Positions 8,847 to 14,024 of a DNA stretch of 14,024 nt are shown piece by piece. Within the stretch, counting starts at the first letter, position 1. Each line of letters begins with the position of its first letter. The notes beneath the pieces were generated by a model. The model saw only the letters and a program-made list of their open reading frames with translations. It searched no databases and was not told the origin of the DNA. The DNA is from Planctomycetota bacterium (GTDB taxonomy: Bacteria; Planctomycetota; GCA-002687715; DRQF01). Both the position numbers and the translations under genes were made by a program. The stretch lies in assembly GCA_027001995.1 (NCBI GenBank), contig JALTLO010000127.1, positions 1-14,024 on the forward strand. Direction: 5' to 3'.

Positions 8847-11800
8847 AAGCGATTCTGACATTCGTGCTGCTGGCGACTTGCCTCTTGGGGCAAGAGCAGG
8901 AAGTTTCCCTGGCGGATTTGGCGGAACAGGTCTTGAGGGCGGCCAATGCAACTCCAGATTTGCGGGCAGAAGCCGCTTGGATCCTCAAGGGAAACGCCGG
9001 CCGGGGGATGCAACTGGCTGAGGAATTGGCTTCAAGCCCACGTTGGACTTCTCAGTTGTCGGCTCTTTCCTTGTGGGCGATGGCTGGGCCCCAAGTGATT
9101 GTGGCTGAGGCCGTGAAGAAGCACGGTTTTTATCGTCACAACAATTGGTTGATTCGTCGACGTGTTCTTGAAGGGTTGGTTGGAGGAGGGGATGAAATTC
9201 CCCACGAATTGGTCCTGGAACTTCTCGTTGACCCCAACTGGTCTGTGCGTTGCGCGGCGTTGGCACTTGTCTCGGAGTTAAAGGGAGAAAAACGCTCAAC
9301 TTGCTTTTCCATCCTGATTGACTTGGTGTCGGATGAAGACCCTCAAGTTGCTCACCTTGCTACCGAGAATCTCATTCGTTTTGCTACCACTGATCCTCTG
9401 CTGTGTGCCACCATGCTTCGCATGGATTGGCAAGACCAAGGAAACGAGTCCTACCAGAAGCGGGTTTTCTTCTCGATGATGGATGCCAGCGCTTCAGCCC
9501 TTATTCCCCTCAGGCCTTTCGAAGAATTTCCCGCAGTTCAAACTCTCTATGAAAGAGTCGAACGAGTCTTGTTGTCCAAGCCTGGACCTGATCGCGTGAG
9601 GGAGGTTATCGGGATCCTGCGAGATCCGGTGGATCGGGCCAAGTTGGGTGATGATGTTGCTCAGGCCTTGATCCTTTTTGTTGCCCAAGACCCAAAATGG
9701 ACTCAGACGATTGTCGATCGTTCTAGCATTCAGCCGCGGTACGCCGACCTATTAGCCAAGTTGACAAGGACAGGATGGTCTCCATCGTTGAAAAGCGGTG
9801 TCCTAAGCGGAATCTGCGGCATGGAGGACTTAGGGCAAGTTTTGTTGGAAGAGGCATGGCGACAGGAAGTCCCAGGCATGGCTTCGACACTCGATGATTG
9901 GTTTCTATCGTTGGCCAAACAGGGTGGCACGACTCAACAAATTCATTTGGTCCTGAATTTTCGTGGGCACATGAAGGAAGCTCTCAATCGTGAATTGCTT
10001 TTGCAGGGAGTTCGTGAAGGGAAGGAAGAAGTCGCCTCTTTGGTAACGGAATTCATCTGGCGACATGGCAGCGAAGACGATCGATCTGCTCTCATGGAGA
10101 CTTTGGGCCAGACGAACATAGACCTCCGCCACACTTGGGACATTCTTAAGTATGTGGCTCTCGATCCTAAGCCAGAATCGATGGTCTTCAACTTGGAGAT
10201 ATTGAAGGACGAAGAACAGCAAAGAAACAACAGGATAACGGCTCTCCGCGCCTTGCTAAAACTGAAGGTTAACTTGGGGATCGATTTCTTGTTGAAGCTG
10301 AGGCCCCATGATGATTCCTCTTTTGATCGGGAGCTTTGCCTGATTCTGGTGAAAAAAGGGCACCAATCCACGATCGCTGAGATCTTGACAGAGCTTAAGG
10401 AAACCTCAGGAGAAACCATTTCGAAGGACTTGCTCAATGTGGCCAGATTGTGCGTCGATGATGGCGGGATTTTTCATTTGCAGGACGAGTTGCTGAAAGG
10501 AAACTTCAGCCACATGACCCTGGTCACGATGCTGACGTTTCTGCGGCGTCATCTAACTGAGGACGATTTTCGTAAACTCCTGAACGACATCATTCACAAA
10601 GCCCTGAATCAATCTGCTGATAAAATGGATGACACGGGATTTGAGGGCATGAACGGAAATGACCTGGAAAGCATTTACCGGAAGTTTGGCGATGCCATAG
10701 ACCTCGAAGTCCTATTTCAACTGGTACTTAAGCAGGACGGGCTTGAAACCCTTTCCAATTTGCAGGAGGTGGCAAAGAAACAAGGGCAAATCAAGCCCTT
10801 CACCTCCTTGCTTATGAAGTCCTGGCAGAAGATCGATTTGCGCTCTGGCAACATCTATGCCGTCCTTGACTTCGTTCGAGCTCTGATTCGCAATGGACAT
10901 CCTCAAGCTAAAAAGCTGGTGTTGGATTGGGTGGCCTCACGAGAAAATGAGTGGTTGGATACAGGGTTAGCAACGACTGCGGGCTGGAAAGGAGCCGCTT
11001 CAATCGATGAGGTGCTCACTGACCTTTTCGTTCGGGGAGATGAAGAGTCCATCAGTTCTGCCTTGGACATGATCAAGCGCTATGAGTGCTTTACTATTCG
11101 TTCGTGGTTTCAATCATTTCTCAAGAGTGGCGATGGAATGTTAGCAGAAGATTCTGATCCCACAGCTTTCCTTGTCGGGACCTTGGGAGGATTGGGAGAC
11201 TCTGCCGGGGGTGTCCAGCGACTCAAGAATGTATTGCAGAAAATCGAGGAAGAATCAAAAACAGAATTCAACCTCCCTATTCGCTTTTGGCGATATTGGG
11301 GCCGCCAAGTTGTTCAGGCTCCGAAGATCTTCCAACCCACGGACCTCATCGCCGACCGTGTCCTCGCCATGGGCCCTCAGGTTTTCTCCGAGCCGCGACT
11401 CTTGGCAGCCCTGGGAAAGCGAGGGATGGATACCTGGGGTTCAGAGAACTCGATGCGAGTCTTTTTGGTGGGGCAGGGTTCGATCCAGACAAGAAGACCT
11501 GGGGCTGAAAAGAGAATGAGAGGCGGGTTCAAAGCGTGGCGTCTTAAGAAACTTCGGCCTCATCAAGTCTTTTGGACAACCAAGCGGGCTCAGTTGGCCC
11601 TTGGAACAAAACGAGACACTCTGAACCTCGAGCTCAATCATCGCCATTCTGACGAAGAAATGGCTCACTTCGTACGCGATCTTCATGAGCGGTCTTATTC
11701 GCAAGCAGCCCTTCGTTTGAAGCGCAAAGCCAGAGCATATGGGCGAGCCACAGGCATTTGGGATGTTCATGAAATCCGGCGGCTATTGGATGAGCAAGCC

Positions 11801-11995
11801 TATAAAGAAGCTCTCAATCTGGCTCACCATTCATGGGAAGCAGCTCGGATTTTTCGCGCTTTCGAACGCTTCCGAGCTGCAGAGGAGTTTCTTGTCTTGG
11901 AGGCCGCTGCTCTTTGGGGTTTGGGCCGCAAGGCAGAGGCAAACAAAGGCTCGTCAGGGCACGGGCCCGAAACGTTGAGCAACTCCCATGGGTGA
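8843..11995 (+). CDS. Large exported HEAT-repeat/alpha-solenoid protein with a TPR-like C-terminus; possible frameshift near 11941 (alternative stop at 12030)
   Basis: 1050-aa ORF whose TTG start overlaps the nnrD stop (TTGA). Signal peptide MKAILTFVLLATCLLG-QEQ; HEAT-like units HNNWLIRRRVLEGL, LLVDPNWSVRCAALALV, LVSDEDPQVAHLATENL, ILKDEEQQRNNRITALRAL; TPR-like EAAALWGLGRKAEA. Confidence 0.8.
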   Translation: MKAILTFVLLATCLLGQEQEVSLADLAEQVLRAANATPDLRAEAAWILKGNAGRGMQLAEELASSPRWTSQLSALSLWAMAGPQVIVAEAVKKHGFYRHNNWLIRRRVLEGLVGGGDEIPHELVLELLVDPNWSVRCAALALVSELKGEKRSTCFSILIDLVSDEDPQVAHLATENLIRFATTDPLLCATMLRMDWQDQGNESYQKRVFFSMMDASASALIPLRPFEEFPAVQTLYERVERVLLSKPGPDRVREVIGILRDPVDRAKLGDDVAQALILFVAQDPKWTQTIVDRSSIQPRYADLLAKLTRTGWSPSLKSGVLSGICGMEDLGQVLLEEAWRQEVPGMASTLDDWFLSLAKQGGTTQQIHLVLNFRGHMKEALNRELLLQGVREGKEEVASLVTEFIWRHGSEDDRSALMETLGQTNIDLRHTWDILKYVALDPKPESMVFNLEILKDEEQQRNNRITALRALLKLKVNLGIDFLLKLRPHDDSSFDRELCLILVKKGHQSTIAEILTELKETSGETISKDLLNVARLCVDDGGIFHLQDELLKGNFSHMTLVTMLTFLRRHLTEDDFRKLLNDIIHKALNQSADKMDDTGFEGMNGNDLESIYRKFGDAIDLEVLFQLVLKQDGLETLSNLQEVAKKQGQIKPFTSLLMKSWQKIDLRSGNIYAVLDFVRALIRNGHPQAKKLVLDWVASRENEWLDTGLATTAGWKGAASIDEVLTDLFVRGDEESISSALDMIKRYECFTIRSWFQSFLKSGDGMLAEDSDPTAFLVGTLGGLGDSAGGVQRLKNVLQKIEEESKTEFNLPIRFWRYWGRQVVQAPKIFQPTDLIADRVLAMGPQVFSEPRLLAALGKRGMDTWGSENSMRVFLVGQGSIQTRRPGAEKRMRGGFKAWRLKKLRPHQVFWTTKRAQLALGTKRDTLNLELNHRHSDEEMAHFVRDLHERSYSQAALRLKRKARAYGRATGIWDVHEIRRLLDEQAYKEALNLAHHSWEAARIFRAFERFRAAEEFLVLEAAALWGLGRKAEANKGSSGHGPETLSNSHG

Positions 11996-12275
11996 CCCCT
12001 CGAGATTTTCCGGGATTCGATCAGGATTAGCCCTGAATCCGCGATTTCGAGGAATAGATCAACGAGGCCTTGGGACCCAGTCTTTCGATCGCTCGATTAG
12101 GACCTTCATAATGGCCAATGGTGGCAGGGTGTCTGAGAGCACGGAGCGAGCCGAGAGCGACCGTGTGGTTGCGAATTATGCCGGACAGTTGAATGATTTG
12201 AGGCTCATGATTGAACGAGGAGCGTCGGATCCCCGAAGCCTTGAAATCACCCGCAAAGCGTTCTCTACCGAGCCA

Positions 12276-12296
12276 AATGGGGCTTTCAGCCCCATT
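12276..12296. repeat. Perfect 9-bp-stem hairpin (REP-like or terminator-like)
   Basis: AATGGGGCT-TTC-AGCCCCATT in the gap between the HEAT gene and the anti-sigma gene; no long T-run. Confidence 0.5.
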
Positions 12297-12375
12297 CATT
12301 GCACAAAAGAGAAAATCCAGGAGAATTCTGTAAGGGCTCAGAACGGCCCTGCACTAAGGGGGCAAGGAGATCGTC

Positions 12376-13065
12376 ATGAACAACAACTGTCAACATTTTG
12401 AAATCGCATTGCTTCAGTCCCGAGAACCAGGGTTTTCACCAGCCGACAAAGCCAAATTGGATGAGCACCTAAGAACGTGTGAGGGCTGCCAACAACGGGC
12501 AGCTGAAATGATTGAAATCGACTCACTTCTTGTTGCCCCAGGCCAATCAATGCGGTCAAACAAACACCACGAAGACAAGAGCGCCGTAGCCAAGAGAATC
12601 GCCGATCGTCAGCAAGCACGCCTGGATAAGAATCAAATGCGGAGCAAAGTGGCACTGGCCGGGGGCTCACTCATTGCCGCTCTGGGATTGTCCCTGGATA
12701 GCTGGATCTGGATCAATGGCCTGGGTGTTGTGATCTACGGTTTGGGGCTTCTTGCCTACACCCACATGGCTGGTCGTTCTTTGAACAAACTGGCCTCTTC
12801 AGGCCAAGACTTGATGGCATCTGTCCGCCAAGAGCTTGACTGGCGTCTGCGTTGCTGCCGGGGAGGAGCAATTCTCGCCATCCTCTTGTCGATACCCTGG
12901 TTCGCTGGCGCTTTCGTAGAACTGCCAAAGCCACTTACAACATTGGGATTTCGTAGCGCCGGATTCTACAGTGGAATCATTGGTGCGGCTCTGTTCACGT
13001 TGGCCCTCTACTTTCTTGGGACAGTTGCGCCAATGATCGCCCGTGAACGTCGGGAGTTTGCCTGA
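12376..13065 (+). CDS. Zinc-binding (zf-HC2/ZAS) anti-sigma factor with about 4 TM helices
   Basis: N-terminal Cys5 plus LDEHLRTCEGC (HxxxCxxC) and four hydrophobic segments. Strong RBS AAGGAGA; the stop overlaps the sigma start (TGATG). Confidence 0.85.
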   Translation: MNNNCQHFEIALLQSREPGFSPADKAKLDEHLRTCEGCQQRAAEMIEIDSLLVAPGQSMRSNKHHEDKSAVAKRIADRQQARLDKNQMRSKVALAGGSLIAALGLSLDSWIWINGLGVVIYGLGLLAYTHMAGRSLNKLASSGQDLMASVRQELDWRLRCCRGGAILAILLSIPWFAGAFVELPKPLTTLGFRSAGFYSGIIGAALFTLALYFLGTVAPMIARERREFA

Positions 13066-13619
13066 TGCTCACGCTTGAAGAACAAGTTCTTTCGTTCTGC
13101 AAAGCCAAAGACATAAAGAGTGCCTTTGACCTAGTCTATGCCGAAGTGGGACAAACTCTGAGAGGTGTGTGCACCAACCTCACTGGAAGTTTCCCAGAAT
13201 CAGAAGACGCTTTCCAGGACTTGTGCATGGCCATCTATGTTGCTCTTCCTCGATTCAGAGGTGACGCAAAAATCCAAACATGGTGCTACCGGATTGCAGT
13301 TCGCATTGCCCTTCGGGCAAAGTCGCGAGGACCGCGAAGAACTGTGGCCTTGGACGTCGAACAACTTTCCGTGCGCAATGAACCGTCTGACTCTCTTGAA
13401 CAAAAGGATGAAGAGAATCGGGTTCGCGATGCCATCATGGGATTGGGGGCCGACTACCGCGTCGCGATCACTCTTTCGTTGCTCGAGGGACTGAGTGCCG
13501 GCGAGATCGCGGACATCTTGGGAGTCGAGGTCGGAACGATCTGGACCCGGCTGCACCGGGCCCGACAAGCTCTGACCAAAGTACTCAAAGAACAAGGCTC
13601 TCTGCCTGCCGGCGGTTAG
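13065..13619 (+). CDS. ECF-subfamily RNA polymerase sigma-70 factor
   Basis: 184 aa with region 2 (ESEDAFQDLCMAIYVALPRFRGDAKIQTWCYRIA) and region 4.2 HTH (YRVAITLSLLEGLSAGEIADILGVEVGTIWTRLHRARQAL). Confidence 0.95.
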   Translation: MLTLEEQVLSFCKAKDIKSAFDLVYAEVGQTLRGVCTNLTGSFPESEDAFQDLCMAIYVALPRFRGDAKIQTWCYRIAVRIALRAKSRGPRRTVALDVEQLSVRNEPSDSLEQKDEENRVRDAIMGLGADYRVAITLSLLEGLSAGEIADILGVEVGTIWTRLHRARQALTKVLKEQGSLPAGG

Positions 13620-13671
13620 GGCCATGTTCGCTTGAGTGCACAATTCACTGTATGAGAGTTCCAAGCAAGAA

Positions 13672-13696
13672 GGGCTGTGCACAAGGTGCACAGCCC
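13672..13696. repeat. Perfect 11-bp inverted repeat downstream of the ECF gene
   Basis: GGGCTGTGCAC-AAG-GTGCACAGCCC; each arm contains the palindrome GTGCAC; no immediate poly-T. Confidence 0.6.
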
Positions 13697-13774
13697 CTCG
13701 ATTTACCAAAGGGGTGGCCAAGATTCCCCTGGAACAATAGGGCCTATGCAAAAAGTCGGCCGACCTGTAAACCC

Positions 13775-13803
13775 TTGTAGCTGAAACACTTTCGCCCTAC
13801 CCT
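13775..13803 (+). promoter_or_regulatory. Putative sigma70 promoter for a leaderless transposase mRNA
   Basis: TTGTAG (13775-13780) - 17 nt - TACCCT (13798-13803), 8 nt before ATG 13812; there is no Shine-Dalgarno sequence. Confidence 0.4.
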
Positions 13804-13811
13804 CAGCCCCC

Positions 13812-14024
13812 ATGAAGAACGCGCTAACACCCCCTCTCCTCCTCATCGCGGCCCTCGCTGGATGGCTGAATCGAGAACAACAGAAGGTTTTGGACTACCT
13901 CCGTGAAGAGAACCGAGTCCTCAAAGAACAACTCGGGGCAAAGAAGATCCGTTTGACTGATACACAACGTCGGCGCCTCGCCGCCAAAGGCTGGGAAATA
14001 GGTCGTCGTTTGCTCGGTCAATAC
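13812..14024 (+). mobile_element. N-terminus of an integrase-core-domain (rve/DDE) transposase; truncated by the window edge
   Basis: Hand translation: MKNALTPPLLLIAALAGWLNREQQKVLDYLREENRVLKEQLGAKKIRLTDTQRRRLAAKGWEIGRRLLGQY. The LAGWxNR.QQ..I/L.YLREENRVL.EQLG..R/K.R.TD.QRRRLA.K pattern is the N-terminus I recognise from integrase-core transposases common in PVC/Acidobacteria. The catalytic domain is outside the window. Not in the ORF track. Confidence 0.85.

Noticed and set aside
11988..12401. 137-aa ORF between the HEAT gene and the anti-sigma gene
   Set aside because: No RBS or recognisable motif; it overlaps both neighbours and runs through a hairpin and a probable promoter. Not fully excluded.
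13200..14021. Minus-strand ORFs 13200-13751 and 13824-14021
   Set aside because: They are antisense shadows of the ECF sigma and transposase genes with no recognisable motifs.

Overview
A bacterial chromosomal window of roughly balanced GC content. The gene content (ctsR-less mcsA-mcsB-clpC, a PEGA lipoprotein, a YdjY-domain protein, an exported HEAT-repeat protein) suggests Planctomycetota/PVC, which is an inference. The minus-strand block, in transcription order, is tRNA-Ser(TGA), tRNA-Ser(GCT), terminator, PEGA lipoprotein, mcsA, mcsB, a possible 73-aa ORF, clpC, terminator, glpE rhodanese, a membrane-anchored coiled-coil/YdjY protein, and a membrane protein truncated by the left edge (absent from the ORF track). 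The plus-strand block is nnrD, a ~1050-aa signal-peptide HEAT/TPR-like protein with a probable 1-nt frameshift near its 3' end, a zinc-finger multi-TM anti-sigma factor placed upstream of its ECF sigma factor, and the start of an integrase-core (DDE) transposase truncated by the right edge (also absent from the track). Most of the window is recognisable housekeeping or stress-response DNA. I found no CRISPR array or tandem repeat array and cannot demonstrate a new system. The best leads are the YdjY/membrane-protein operon behind an ECF-type promoter, the reversed anti-sigma/ECF pair, the exported HEAT protein, and the structured end of the mobile element with an apparently leaderless transposase.
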